Source: Trueperaceae bacterium
Lineage (GTDB): Bacteria > Deinococcota > Deinococci > Deinococcales > Trueperaceae
NCBI GenBank assembly: GCA_034520945.1
Contig: JAXHNB010000005.1
Location: 800,001 to 864,000 of the forward strand
Direction: 5' to 3'
DNA: 64,000 nt
This document shows, in pieces, positions 45,918 through 56,483 of this stretch (position 1 is its first letter; each line of letters starts with the position of its first letter). Under the pieces are notes generated by a model, which searched no databases, was not told the DNA's origin, and saw only the letters and a program-made list of their open reading frames with translations. The translations under genes were made by a program, and so were the position numbers.

Positions 45918-46700
45918 ATGCCGATCGTCGATGTGAACGACCTGCGAAACCAAGTCAAGGACGTCTACCAGCGCGTCGCGAAGGAACCCGACGCCGAGTT
46001 CCACTTCCGGACCGGACGGGAGCTGGCCGCGGACCTGGGCTACCCGCCCGAGCTCCTCGACCGCATTCCCGAAGATTCCGTCCGCTCGTTCGCCGGGGTG
46101 GGGCACTACTTCGATCTGCTGGAGCTGCGTGAGGGCGACCGGGTGTTGGATCTCGGCAGCGGATCGGGGATGGACACCTTCTTCGCCGCCCTGCGGGTCG
46201 GCCCGCGCGGCGAGGTCGTCGGGCTGGACATGACCGACGAGCAGCTCGACAAGGCCGAGGCGTTGCGCCGCGAGCACGGCTTCGACAACGTGAGCTTCGA
46301 ACGGGGCTACATCGAGGAGTTGCCCTTCGAGGGCGGGCGCTTCGATGCGGTGATCAGCAACGGCGTGATCAACCTCTCCGCGCAGAAGGACGAGGTGTTC
46401 GCGGAGGTCGCGCGGGTGCTGAAGCCCGGCGGGACGTTGGCGCTGGCCGACATCGTCACGGAGCGGCAACTGGACGAGGACATCAAGTGCAACGAGTCGT
46501 TGTGGGCCGCCTGCATCGGCGGCGCGGCGCAGCAGGACCACTACCGGGCCCTGATGACCCAGGCTGGGCTGGCGGTCACCGTCATGCGCGACAACGACGC
46601 CTACGGGTTTTTGTCCAAGTCCGCGCAGGGGGCCAGCCGTCAGTTCGGCGTCAAGAGCGCCTCGTTGGCGGCGCGGCGCGAGGCCGGCGTCTCGGCCTGA
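45918..46700 (+). CDS. SAM-dependent methyltransferase (ArsM-like family)
   Basis: VLDLGSGSGMD, GLDMT, ISNGVINL, RVLKPGG, WAACIGGA. Confidence 0.85.
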   Translation: MPIVDVNDLRNQVKDVYQRVAKEPDAEFHFRTGRELAADLGYPPELLDRIPEDSVRSFAGVGHYFDLLELREGDRVLDLGSGSGMDTFFAALRVGPRGEVVGLDMTDEQLDKAEALRREHGFDNVSFERGYIEELPFEGGRFDAVISNGVINLSAQKDEVFAEVARVLKPGGTLALADIVTERQLDEDIKCNESLWAACIGGAAQQDHYRALMTQAGLAVTVMRDNDAYGFLSKSAQGASRQFGVKSASLAARREAGVSA

Positions 46701-46753
46701 GGTTCGTACGGGTCAGGTGGGGGTGCGTGGGCGCCCCCACCCGTTCTCTTGCG

Positions 46754-47470
46754 TCAGGCCCCGCCTTCGATCTCGGTGACGAAGGCGGGCAGTTGCACCG
46801 GGTCCACGCCGACCGACTCGAACACGGCGGGGGGGAACCCCAGGTCGCCGACGAAGAGGCGCCCAGCGGGCCCGCCGGGCTCGAGGCCCTGCTTCGGCAG
46901 CCCCACCGCCAGGGTCATGCTGGGACGCACCGCCTCGCCGGGGACGCTGCCGTCGTCGGCGTGCACGCCGGTGGGGACGTCCACGCTGATCACGCAGCAT
47001 CCGTCGTGCATCTTGTTCAACACCGTGATCACGTCGAGCGTCCGCCCGCGCGGCGGCCCTTCGAGGCTGGTGCCGATCGCCGCGTCGATCACGCAGGCGA
47101 ACTTCATCTTGGGCAGGCTCGTCTTCACGCGCACGGTGGGGACGTGCTTGAGGAGCTCCAACTGCTCTCGGGGGGTGCCGCTGTAGTTGCCCGCCTCGTG
47201 CGTGGGCACCACCCACACGCGACGGCCGCGCAGGCCCAGGAGGCGCGCGGCGGCCAGGCCGCCGCTGCCGTTGTCGCCCCGCCCCGCCACCACGAGCACC
47301 GGCCCTTCGGGCGCGAACGCGCCGACGAGTTCGCTGAGGTTGCGGCCCGTGTGCTCGACCAGCACGCGGGCGTCCAGGCCGTACTTGCCGGTCGCCATCA
47401 TCACCAGTTGCTGCATCTGAGCGCCGGTGATCTTGGGAAACGCGTCCCACGACATCTTCGGGAATGCCAC
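46754..47470 (-). CDS. nnrE: Stand-alone NAD(P)HX epimerase (YjeF N-terminal)
   Basis: GRGDNGSGGLAAAR, IDAAIG, SVDVPTG, T...GLPK.GL, V.DLG. Confidence 0.8.
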   Translation of the reverse strand: MAFPKMSWDAFPKITGAQMQQLVMMATGKYGLDARVLVEHTGRNLSELVGAFAPEGPVLVVAGRGDNGSGGLAAARLLGLRGRRVWVVPTHEAGNYSGTPREQLELLKHVPTVRVKTSLPKMKFACVIDAAIGTSLEGPPRGRTLDVITVLNKMHDGCCVISVDVPTGVHADDGSVPGEAVRPSMTLAVGLPKQGLEPGGPAGRLFVGDLGFPPAVFESVGVDPVQLPAFVTEIEGGA

Positions 47471-47481
47471 GCTCGTTCCCT

Positions 47482-48213
47482 TCAGCCCGTCTCGAGCGCC
47501 GCGTCTACGTCGGCCGTGCAGTAGACGTTCTGCACGTCGTCCAGATCCTCCAAGGCCTCGATGATGCGCTGCACCTTGGCGGCGTCGCCGCCGCCAGGGG
47601 CGGCGACGACCTGCGGCACCTTGGTGAGCCGGGCCACCTCGGGCTGCAGGCCGAAGCGCGTCTCGAGCGCGTCGGCGACCCCGAACAGCTCGGTCGGGGG
47701 CGTATAGATGGTCAACGCGCCGTCCTCGACCTCGAGGTCGGTGGCGCCGAGGTCGATGGCGGCCTCCTGCACCTCTTCACGCGGGTCGCGGTAGACCAGC
47801 AGACCCACCGAGTCGAACTGCCACGCCGTCGACCCGGACATGTTGCCGCCGTGCTTGGTGAGCACGTGCCGCACTTCGGCGACGGTGCGGTTGCGATTGT
47901 CCGTCAGCGCTTCGATCAGGAACGCCACGCCGCCCGGTCCGTACCCCTCGTACGCGACCGATTCGAAGTCGCCTCCGTCGGTGCCGCCGAGCGCGCGCTC
48001 GATGGCGCGCTCGATGTTGTCGGCCGGCACGTCGTCGGACTTCGCGGCGCCGATGGCGTTCTTGAGCGCGAGGTTGGTGGACGTGTCCGCCCCGCCCCCC
48101 TCGCGGACGGCGCTCTGGATGGCGCGGATGTGCTTGCTGATGATCTTGCCGCGCTGGTTGTCGTTGGCCGCCTTCTTGCGCTTGATCTGCGACCACTTGT
48201 TGTGACCTGACAA
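47482..48213 (-). CDS. YebC/PmpR family protein
   Basis: GGAGG RBS, TTG start; SGHNKWSQIKRKK, YEGYGPGG, TDNRNRT, DDVQNVY. Confidence 0.95.
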   Translation of the reverse strand: MSGHNKWSQIKRKKAANDNQRGKIISKHIRAIQSAVREGGGADTSTNLALKNAIGAAKSDDVPADNIERAIERALGGTDGGDFESVAYEGYGPGGVAFLIEALTDNRNRTVAEVRHVLTKHGGNMSGSTAWQFDSVGLLVYRDPREEVQEAAIDLGATDLEVEDGALTIYTPPTELFGVADALETRFGLQPEVARLTKVPQVVAAPGGGDAAKVQRIIEALEDLDDVQNVYCTADVDAALETG

Positions 48214-48310
48214 GCCAAGACCTCCTCGCGAATGGGCCATTCTACCCCACGGAGCCGCGCAGGCGGGCGTTGCACGCACGCTGCGGCGTTCAGCGGTGGC
48301 GGTGGGGACG

Positions 48311-48868
48311 TCAGCGCACGTAGAAGCGGGTCTCGACCACGTCGTTGACCTGGAACGGTTCGAGCTCGATCTGGATCGCGGCCCGCCAGTCGTCCTCGCC
48401 GGCGCGACCGCGGAACGTGACGCGCGACACGTCGGTGCGGCGCGGCGTGAAGCTGGCGCGTACCCGGTGCCAGCCGCGCGGGGGATCGACCACGAACACG
48501 ACGCCTTCGTCGCTGCCGTCGATGGTCACCGTGCGGCGTGCCGGCACGTACACGTTGCGGGCGAACACGTGCACCTCGCCGTCGGGTTCCAGGGAGGTGA
48601 GGGTCACGTACCCTTCCACGCGGCTGCGGATCCGGAACGAGATCTCCTCGCCCACCCGGTAGGACGAGGCATGCCCGCCGCTCGGCTCGAACACCTCGAG
48701 CACGGCGTTGGCCCGGTCGGGCAGGCGTGAGCCGCTCCCGCGGGCATCCGGCCCGGTGTACGTGACCGTGCAGCCGGCCAACAAGGCGGCCCCTAGGACC
48801 AGCGCGAAGACGCGCAGCAGGGGGCGGATCGAAGATGGTGAAGATGGTGCGGACGCGTGAGGCTTCAT
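48311..48868 (-). CDS. Lipoprotein with DUF4384-like domain
   Basis: LAGC lipobox; YRVGEEISF...GYVTL...PDG. Confidence 0.65.
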   Translation of the reverse strand: MKPHASAPSSPSSIRPLLRVFALVLGAALLAGCTVTYTGPDARGSGSRLPDRANAVLEVFEPSGGHASSYRVGEEISFRIRSRVEGYVTLTSLEPDGEVHVFARNVYVPARRTVTIDGSDEGVVFVVDPPRGWHRVRASFTPRRTDVSRVTFRGRAGEDDWRAAIQIELEPFQVNDVVETRFYVR

Positions 48869-48900
48869 GCGTGTTCCTCCGTAGGGTCCGGGGCGCCGCC

Positions 48901-49230
48901 TCAGCGGCCGTCCTCGGTGCGGTCGTACGTGGTGACCATGTAGGGAAGGTCGGTCTGGTGGTAGCGACCCCGTTCGTCGTACCAGTAGATGTAGGTCCCG
49001 TTCGCCTGGCCCCCGTTGATGGCCTCGACCCCGGCGCGGGTGACCTTGCCGTCCACCAGGCCTTCGAACACGACGTCGCCGCCGTACGCGTACACCGTGA
49101 TGTACATGCGCGTGTTGGTGAAGTCCTGGATCGAACGGCGAATTTGGTTCTGCGTCTCGTTGCGACAGCCGCCCAACACCAGCGCGATGACGAGAAACAG
49201 CATGGCTGCCCACGCGAGCCTGCGCGCCAC
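48901..49230 (-). CDS. Small hypothetical lipoprotein
   Basis: LGGC lipobox; coding-like codon use. Confidence 0.65.
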   Translation of the reverse strand: MARRLAWAAMLFLVIALVLGGCRNETQNQIRRSIQDFTNTRMYITVYAYGGDVVFEGLVDGKVTRAGVEAINGGQANGTYIYWYDERGRYHQTDLPYMVTTYDRTEDGR

Positions 49231-49304
49231 GGGAACACCTCCGTCCCCAATCTACCACGCCACGCATCGGGCCCGGGCCGCCAGGGCGGGTATCATGCCC
49301 GAAC

Positions 49305-50261
49305 GTGAGCGATGGTCTGCGAGACCCGTACCAGGTGCTGGGCGTACAGCGCGACGCGAGCCACGACCAGATCAAGTCGGCCTACCGCAGGCTGGCGCTG
49401 AAGTACCACCCCGACCGCAACCCCGGCGACCCGGAGGCGGAAGAGCGCTTCAAGCGCATCAGCGAGGCGTACGCGACGTTGCGGGATCCGGAGCGTCGGG
49501 CCTGGGTCGACCGCGGCGGATCGCCGACCGAGGGGCGCAGGCCCGACTTCAGCACCGTGGACTGGCAGACCATTTTCGAAGAGGCCGACGTTCAGGTGGA
49601 CTTCGGGCAGGGCATGCCGCGCACCGGCAACGCCGTCTTCGACGCGCTGTTCGGGGCCGTCACCGGCATGTTGCGCACGCAGGGCGTGCTTCCCGGCGAG
49701 GACCGCGAGAGCGAGGTGCGCATCGACCTGACCGCCGCCCGCCAGGGCGGCACCACGCGGGTGCGGGTGCCGGGCCCCAGCGTCTGCGCCGTGTGCAGGG
49801 GGCGCCGCTTGGCGCCTGAGGGTCGGCCCTGTCCCGCCTGCGGGGGCCGGGGGTTCCGGCCGCGGGGCGAAGCGGCGGAGGTCGAGATCCCCGCCGGCAT
49901 CCGTCCCGGCACCAAGCTGCGCCTCCGCGGTCTCGGCGGGCCGGGGCGCCCACCGGGCGACGCCCTGGTGACGGTTCGCGTCGAGTTGCCGGCCGGCGTG
50001 TCGCGCGTGGGCGACGAGCTGCGAACCGAGGTGAGCGTGACGCCGCTGGAGGCGCGGCATGGCGTCACCGTGAACGTGCACGGCAACGACGTCACGATTC
50101 CGGCTGGCACGCCCGATGGAGGCGTGGTACGTGTGCCCGGTGGGGGGCTCGCCGGCGCCGACCTCCGCGTTACGGTGCGCCATCACGTGTGGCGAGGTCT
50201 CGTACGCTGGGGTCGTGACAAGATGTCCCAGGTCCTTCGGGACGGGGGAGGAGAGCGTTGA
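49305..50261 (+). CDS. DnaJ family co-chaperone
   Basis: J domain with HPD motif; only two CxxCxGxx repeats; C-terminal substrate-binding domain. Confidence 0.9.
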   Translation: MSDGLRDPYQVLGVQRDASHDQIKSAYRRLALKYHPDRNPGDPEAEERFKRISEAYATLRDPERRAWVDRGGSPTEGRRPDFSTVDWQTIFEEADVQVDFGQGMPRTGNAVFDALFGAVTGMLRTQGVLPGEDRESEVRIDLTAARQGGTTRVRVPGPSVCAVCRGRRLAPEGRPCPACGGRGFRPRGEAAEVEIPAGIRPGTKLRLRGLGGPGRPPGDALVTVRVELPAGVSRVGDELRTEVSVTPLEARHGVTVNVHGNDVTIPAGTPDGGVVRVPGGGLAGADLRVTVRHHVWRGLVRWGRDKMSQVLRDGGGER

Positions 50262-50719
50262 ACGACGACGATGCAGGTTTCGACAAGGACAAGCCGCTGT
50301 ACGTGATCAGCGTCGCGGCCGAGCTGGTCGACATGCACCCGCAGACGCTTCGCCTCTACGAGCGCAAGGGCCTGGTCGAGCCGAGCCGGAGCGCGGGCAA
50401 GACCCGCCTGTACTCGCAACGCAACATCGAGCAGTTGCGTGAGATCCGGCGCCTGACGCAGGAGCTCGGCATCAACCTGGCCGGCGTCGAGGAGATCATC
50501 AAGCTGCGTGAGAAGCTGGATCAGCTCCAGGACAACATGGAGAACCGCATCGGGCAGCTCCAGCACCAGTTGGAGGACCGCATGGGCACCATTCGGGGTG
50601 CGCTGCCCGCCGAGATCGAGACGCTGGCGCGCGACCTGGCGGTCCAGCTCGACGTCGAGGGGGGCGACGAGGATACGGACGAGGACGACGAGGACGCGGA
50701 CGAGGACGACGAGGCGTGA
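50258..50719 (+). CDS. hspR: MerR-family heat-shock regulator HspR-like
   Basis: [32 protein letters not shown]; overlaps the dnaJ stop. Confidence 0.85.
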   Translation: MNDDDAGFDKDKPLYVISVAAELVDMHPQTLRLYERKGLVEPSRSAGKTRLYSQRNIEQLREIRRLTQELGINLAGVEEIIKLREKLDQLQDNMENRIGQLQHQLEDRMGTIRGALPAEIETLARDLAVQLDVEGGDEDTDEDDEDADEDDEA

Positions 50720-50770
50720 GGCCCCCCGCGGCGTCCGGCGGCCGACGGGCCGCGTGATAGGCTCGCCGCC

Positions 50771-52141
50771 ATGAGCCCAACCCCGCTGGATGGCGTCCTG
50801 GCGTCCGAACGTTCGCGTTTCGAAGCGGAGCTGTTCACGTTCCTCCGCATTCCCTCGATCTCGACCGATCCCGACCGGGCCGAGCAGGTACGCCACGCCG
50901 CGGCGTGGCTTCGTGACGACCTGGCGGGCATGGGGTTCGAGGCCGAGCTGCTGGAGACCGCCCGGCACCCCGTCGTGGTCGCGCACCGGCAGGTGTCGCC
51001 CTCGCTGCCGACGGTGCTGATCTACGGTCACTACGACGTGCAACCCCCCGACCCGGTCGAGGCGTGGGACACGGATCCGTTCGATCCGACCGTGCGGGAC
51101 GGCGCCGTGGTCGCGCGGGGCGCCAGCGACGACAAGGGACAGGTGTTCGCGCACGTCAAGGGGGTGCAGGCCCTGCTGGCGGCGGAGGGTGAGCTGCCCG
51201 TCAACGTCACCTTCTTGATCGAGGGCGAAGAGGAGATCGGCAGCCCCAACCTGGCGGCCGTGCTCGAGGAGCACGCGGACCGCCTGGCGGCCGACGTGGT
51301 GGTGGTCAGCGACGGCGCGATGCTGCCCGGACGCGTGCCGACGCTGACGTACGGCCTGCGGGGCATGACCTACGTGGAGGTGCGGGTGCGCACCGCCGCG
51401 CGGGACCTGCACTCCGGGGCGTACGGCGGCGCGGTCCCCAACGCCGCGCACGCGCTGGCGGTGATCCTGGCCGGCCTGAAGGACGCGAATGGGCGCATCA
51501 CCGTGCCGGGGTTCTACGATGACGTGCGCGAGATCACGGACGAGGAACGCGCCCAGTTCGCGCGCGTGGAATTCGACCGGGACGCCTTCATGCGCGACGC
51601 GGGCGTGCGCGCCACCCCCGGCGAGGCGGGGCGGGACGTGCGCGAACGCCTGTGGGCGCGGCCCACCCTGGACGTCAACGGGCTGGGCGGCGGTTTCCAG
51701 GGCGAGGGGTCCAAGACGGTGATTCCCGCCGAGGCGTTCGCGAAGGTGTCGTGCCGGCTGGTGCCCGACCAGGACCCGCACACCATCACCGAGGCGCTCC
51801 GGGCGCACCTGCGGGCGTTGGCGCCGGAGGGGGCCGAGGTCGAGGTGACCGAATTGAACGCCGGCGCGTGGGCGTTGAGCCCCCTGGACGGCCGCGCCGT
51901 GCAGGCGGCCGCGGCCGCCATCCGCCGCGTGGACGGCCGCGATCCCGCCTTCGTGCGGACGGGCGGCACCATCCCCGTGGTGTCCGACTTCCAGCGCCTG
52001 CTGGGCGCCGAGGTGGTGCTGGTCGACATGGGACTCGAGGAGGACCGGATCCACTCGCCCAACGAGAAGTTCGACCTGGACCTCTACCACCGCGGCATTC
52101 GTCTCAGCGCCGAGGTCCTGCGGGCGTTGGCGCCCGCCTGA
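50771..52141 (+). CDS. M20 family dipeptidase
   Basis: YGHYDVQP, RGASDDKG, EGEEE, DLHSG, HSPNEKF. Confidence 0.92.
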   Translation: MSPTPLDGVLASERSRFEAELFTFLRIPSISTDPDRAEQVRHAAAWLRDDLAGMGFEAELLETARHPVVVAHRQVSPSLPTVLIYGHYDVQPPDPVEAWDTDPFDPTVRDGAVVARGASDDKGQVFAHVKGVQALLAAEGELPVNVTFLIEGEEEIGSPNLAAVLEEHADRLAADVVVVSDGAMLPGRVPTLTYGLRGMTYVEVRVRTAARDLHSGAYGGAVPNAAHALAVILAGLKDANGRITVPGFYDDVREITDEERAQFARVEFDRDAFMRDAGVRATPGEAGRDVRERLWARPTLDVNGLGGGFQGEGSKTVIPAEAFAKVSCRLVPDQDPHTITEALRAHLRALAPEGAEVEVTELNAGAWALSPLDGRAVQAAAAAIRRVDGRDPAFVRTGGTIPVVSDFQRLLGAEVVLVDMGLEEDRIHSPNEKFDLDLYHRGIRLSAEVLRALAPA

Positions 52142-52160
52142 GACGGCCCGGGCGACGTTC

Positions 52161-55100
52161 GTGCGGATCGAGCGGCTGGTCGTCTCGGGCTTCAAGAGCT
52201 TCGGCGAGCGCACCACCCTGACGTTCGACGCCGCCGTCACCGCCATCGTCGGCCCCAACGGCAGCGGCAAGTCGAACCTGGTGGACGCGCTCCGCTGGGC
52301 CACCGGCGGCGGGCGGGCGCGGGCGTACCGGGCGGAGGACAAGACCGAGCTGATCTTCCACGGCGCCTCCGGCAAGAAGCGGATGGGCCTGGCCGAGGTG
52401 GAGGTCGAGATCGGCACCGATGACGGGCCGCTGCGCATCCGCCGCACCCTGGACCGCGACGGCGTCACCCGCCTCAAGCTCAACGGCCGCAACGCGCGCT
52501 TCCTGGACATCGACGAGGCCCTGGCGGGCACCGGTCTGGGCACCGGCAGCCTGGCCGTGATCGGGCAGGGCGAGGTGAGCGGGGTGCTGATGGCCGATCC
52601 CTCGCGCCTGCTGGCGTACGTCTCCGAGGCGGCCGGCGTGGCGCAGCTGACCACCCGGCGGGAGCGGACCGAGGCCAACCTGGAGCAGGCGCGCACGCAC
52701 CTGACCCGCCTGGACGAGAACATCGCCGAGGACGCCGCCCGGGTCGAGGCGCTCACGCGCGAGGCCGAGGAGGCGCGACGGCACGACGAGCTTCGCGCCC
52801 GCGCCAACCGGTTGCGCCTCACCATCGCCGACGCGCGGGCAGGCGACCTGCGCGCGGCCGTGGCCGAGCTGGCCGAGCGCGTCGAGGCGCACGAACACGC
52901 GTTGCAGCAGGGCCGCGACACCCTCGCGGAACTGCGCACCGCGCTGGAGGAGGCCCGTCGTAGGGACGCGGAGGCGGAGGCGGCCCACCGCGAGGCGCAC
53001 GCCGCGCACGCGCGGGCCGTGGCCGAGCTCCGCGTCGCCGAGCACGCCTATGAGGCCGCCACCACGCGGGCGGCCGACCTGGCCGGCCGCAAGGAACGCG
53101 CCGAGCACGAAGCGAACGAGCTGGCGCAGCAGGAAGCCCCCCAGGCGCCGGACGACGACGCCGAGGCGGCCGAGCGCGCCGCCGACGCGGCCGAGGCGAC
53201 CCTGCACGCCGCCCGCGAGGCCCGCGCGGAGGCCGAGGCGGAGGCCGAGGAGGCCCGCCGCGCCCGGGAGGCGCTCGAGGACCGGGCGGCCCGGGCGGCG
53301 CGCGACGCGGCCGAAGCGGAGGCGCGCCACGCGTCGCTGACGCAGCAGTTGGAGGAGGTGCGGACCGCGCTGAGCGAGGCGGACGCCGCGGCGCCCGCCG
53401 CGGACGGCGACATCGGCGAGGAGGCGGACCGGGCGGGGCAGGCGCGCACGGCGCTGGCGGCGGCCGAGTCGGAGCTGGCGTCGGCCCGGACCCGCCTGGA
53501 GAACGCGCAGGCCCAGCACGCCCGCGACGCGGCCGAGGCGCGCGCCTGGGACCGTGCGTCGCAGCGGCAACGCGCCGCCTTCGAGGCGCGCCAAGGCTAC
53601 GCCCAGGGCCCCCGGCACGCCCTCACCAGCGGCGTCCACGGCGTGGAGGGGTCGCTGGCCGACCTGATGCGCGTGCCCGAGGAGCTGCAGGAGGCCATCG
53701 GCTTGGCCCTGGGGCGCCGCGCCGAGTACGTGGTCATGAGCGACGACGCGTCCGCCCGCGAGGTGCTGGCGCACGTGCGGGAGCGCGGCGGCTGGGTGAC
53801 GCTGCTGCCGCTGACGCTGGTCCGCCGTTCGCGCCCTGGCCTCGATTCCGACTTCGAAGCCGAGGCGGGCGTGATCGGGCTGGCCAGCGAGCGGGTGTCC
53901 TGCGACGCGCGCTACCGTCCCGCCGTCGATCAGGTGCTGGGCGGCACCGCGCTGGTGGACACCGCCGAGCGGGCCACGGCGCTGGCCAAGCGCTACGCCC
54001 GCAGGCCGCGGATGGTGACGCTGGACGGCGCCATCCTGGAGCCCGGCGGGGCGTTGTCGGGCGGCCGGCGCCAGGGTCGCGGGCCCGTGCTGGGCGCCGC
54101 CGCCGAGCTGGAGGAGGCCGAAGCGACCCGCGACCGGGCGCGCGAGGCCGAAGCCGCCGCCAAGGCCGAGGTGGAGGCCGCCCAGGCCGCCTTCGAGACG
54201 GCACGCGCGGGGGTGGAGGAGGCCCGTGCCGCGTTGGACCGGGCGCGTGAGGCCGAGGTGCGGGCCCAGGAGGCGCGCGCCGCCGACGCCCGCATGCGCG
54301 AGGAGCTGGAGGGGCGCCGGCAACGGCTCGAGCAGGCCCTGGCCGCGCTGCCCGAGGTGCCTGGCGGCGTGGCCCCGGAACGCCTGGCGGAGGTCCGCGA
54401 GCGCGACGCCCGTGCCCGCGGCACCTTGGCCGACGCCAACAAAGCCGAGAGCGACGCCGCGGAGGCCGCCTCCCGCACGGCCCGCGACGCGGCCTTGGCG
54501 CGGGAACGGCGGGCCTCGCACCAGGCCGCCCTGGAGCGGTGGCGCCACGACCGCACCCGCGCCGAGGAACAGGCGCAAGAGGCGGAGCGGCTGGCGCGGG
54601 AGGCCGAACGCGCCTGGGGCGAGGCGCAGGAGGCGGAGGCCCGCGTGGAGACCGCCCGGGCGGCGGTGCCGGAGGACGCCACCGACGCCGAGCGGGCGCG
54701 CGAGGAGGCACGCGAGGCGTTGCGGGAGGCGGAGGCCGCCGTGGACGCCGCCAACGAGCGGCAGACCGAACGGGCCGAGGCGCTGGAGCGGGCCCGCGTC
54801 CAGCAGGCCCGCCGCGAGAGCGCGTTGGAGGCGGCGGAGGAGGAACGCGCGGGGTTCCCGGACGGGCTCGAACCGCTGGCGCTGGGGGCCAAACAGGCCA
54901 GCGCCGAACTTCGCAGGGTCGAGGCCGAACTGGAGACGATCGGGGCCGTGAACCACCGTGCGGCGCACGAACTGGCCGAGCTGTCGCCCGCCCACGACGC
55001 GCGATGCGCGGAGGCGGAGGAGGCCCGCACCGCGGTGGACGAGTTGTTCACCACCCTGGCGCGACTGGACCGCGAGACGACCCGGCGGCTGACCGCAGCG

Positions 55101-55604
55101 GTCGACGGGGTCCGCGAGGCCTTCCGGCGGCACGTCGCCGAACTGTTCGGCCCGGAAGGGGAGGGCGAGATCGACACCGACCACGAGGACGGCCGGCCCG
55201 TCGGCCTGCGCATCCGCCTGCGCCCGCCCGGCAAGCGGACGCAGGCGCTGGGGTTGCTGTCGGTGGGCGAGCGAACGATGGGGGCGCTGGCGTTCCTGTT
55301 CGCCCTGATGGGCGATGAACACGCCTCCCGCCTGCCGGTCGCCGTTCTGGACGAGGTCGACGCCCCACTGGACGAGGCGAACATCCACCGCTACCGCCGC
55401 TTCGTGGAGCGCCTGGCGGCGGCCGGGACGCAGTTCGTCCTGATCACCCACCAGAAGGCGACGTTCGAGGTGGCCGGCGCCCTGTGGGGCGTGACCACGC
55501 AGGACGGCGTCAGCCGCGTGTTCTCGATCCACCGCGACGACGCGTCCGCCTACGACGCCGCCGCCGACCTCGTCGCGGACGAGGGGCCGTCCGTCCCCTC
55601 ATGA
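52161..55604 (+). CDS. smc: Chromosome segregation protein SMC
   Basis: GFKSF, GPNGSGKSN, coiled coils, hinge, LSVGE signature, LDEVDAPLD. Confidence 0.93.
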   Translation: MRIERLVVSGFKSFGERTTLTFDAAVTAIVGPNGSGKSNLVDALRWATGGGRARAYRAEDKTELIFHGASGKKRMGLAEVEVEIGTDDGPLRIRRTLDRDGVTRLKLNGRNARFLDIDEALAGTGLGTGSLAVIGQGEVSGVLMADPSRLLAYVSEAAGVAQLTTRRERTEANLEQARTHLTRLDENIAEDAARVEALTREAEEARRHDELRARANRLRLTIADARAGDLRAAVAELAERVEAHEHALQQGRDTLAELRTALEEARRRDAEAEAAHREAHAAHARAVAELRVAEHAYEAATTRAADLAGRKERAEHEANELAQQEAPQAPDDDAEAAERAADAAEATLHAAREARAEAEAEAEEARRAREALEDRAARAARDAAEAEARHASLTQQLEEVRTALSEADAAAPAADGDIGEEADRAGQARTALAAAESELASARTRLENAQAQHARDAAEARAWDRASQRQRAAFEARQGYAQGPRHALTSGVHGVEGSLADLMRVPEELQEAIGLALGRRAEYVVMSDDASAREVLAHVRERGGWVTLLPLTLVRRSRPGLDSDFEAEAGVIGLASERVSCDARYRPAVDQVLGGTALVDTAERATALAKRYARRPRMVTLDGAILEPGGALSGGRRQGRGPVLGAAAELEEAEATRDRAREAEAAAKAEVEAAQAAFETARAGVEEARAALDRAREAEVRAQEARAADARMREELEGRRQRLEQALAALPEVPGGVAPERLAEVRERDARARGTLADANKAESDAAEAASRTARDAALARERRASHQAALERWRHDRTRAEEQAQEAERLAREAERAWGEAQEAEARVETARAAVPEDATDAERAREEAREALREAEAAVDAANERQTERAEALERARVQQARRESALEAAEEERAGFPDGLEPLALGAKQASAELRRVEAELETIGAVNHRAAHELAELSPAHDARCAEAEEARTAVDELFTTLARLDRETTRRLTAAVDGVREAFRRHVAELFGPEGEGEIDTDHEDGRPVGLRIRLRPPGKRTQALGLLSVGERTMGALAFLFALMGDEHASRLPVAVLDEVDAPLDEANIHRYRRFVERLAAAGTQFVLITHQKATFEVAGALWGVTTQDGVSRVFSIHRDDASAYDAAADLVADEGPSVPS

Positions 55605-55631
55605 CGCGAAGGACGGGCCGGTGACGCCCCG

Positions 55632-56366
55632 GTGAGCGGGGACGGCGCCCCCCACCCAGCATCCGCCTGGCGGATCGTGCAGCTCGACGAGATCGACTCG
55701 ACGCAGGAGGAGGCCAAGCGCCGCCTGCGTGCCGGCGAGCCGTTGGACGCCACCGTGCTGCGGGCGGCCCGGCAGCGTGCCGGCCGCGGCCGCCGCGGCC
55801 GCAGCTTCGTCAGCGAGGTGGGGGGGAGCTACCAGTCGTTGGTCGTTCGGGACGCGGAGGGCGCCTGGCGCCACGGCGCGATCACGCTGGCGCTGGCGGT
55901 GGGGATCGCCGAAGCGTTGGCCGCGCGCGGCGCGCAGGTGGGCCTGAAGTGGCCCAACGACCTGATCGACCCGGCGGGCCGCAAGTGCGGCGGGTTGCTG
56001 GCGGAGCACGTGCACGGCCACCTGATCACTGGCGTCGGCGTCGGCGTCGACGTCGCCACCGCGCCGGCGGGGTTCGGCGTGGTGCGCGCGCCGCTGGACG
56101 CGGTCCACGCCGCCGTGATGGACGGCGTCACGCGCGGTCTGGCGCTCGCCGATACGCCCGTGCGGCTGCCGGGCATGTTCGCGCCGTGGGACGTGCTGGC
56201 GGGACGGACCGTCAGCGTCACCCCCGCCGCGGCCGGCGCGGGTCCCGCCACGGGCGTCGCGGAGGGCGTCACTGCAGGCGGCGCGCTACGCCTCCGTTCT
56301 CCGCGCGGCGACGTCCGGACGGTCCCAGGCGGCAGCGTGATCGCCGTCGATCCGTCCCTGACCTGA
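55632..56366 (+). CDS. birA: Biotin--[acetyl-CoA carboxylase] ligase without HTH domain
   Basis: IDST, Q.AGRGRRGR, KWPND, K.GG.L. Confidence 0.9.
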   Translation: MSGDGAPHPASAWRIVQLDEIDSTQEEAKRRLRAGEPLDATVLRAARQRAGRGRRGRSFVSEVGGSYQSLVVRDAEGAWRHGAITLALAVGIAEALAARGAQVGLKWPNDLIDPAGRKCGGLLAEHVHGHLITGVGVGVDVATAPAGFGVVRAPLDAVHAAVMDGVTRGLALADTPVRLPGMFAPWDVLAGRTVSVTPAAAGAGPATGVAEGVTAGGALRLRSPRGDVRTVPGGSVIAVDPSLT

Positions 56367-56483
56367 ATCGCGGGGCCAGCTGGGCCGAAGGTATGCCGAC
56401 CTCGGGGCGCGCGCCGCATGCGCACGTGGCACACGTCGGCGCGCGGGGGGCGGGTGGTAGCGTCGCGGGCGGGGAGGATCCAC

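Noticed and set aside
49230..49305. HAIR operator for HspR before dnaJ
   Set aside because: No CTTGAGT-N7-ACTCAAG-like inverted repeat seen
50660..50716. GACGAG-type short repeats
   Set aside because: Encode the acidic tail of HspR
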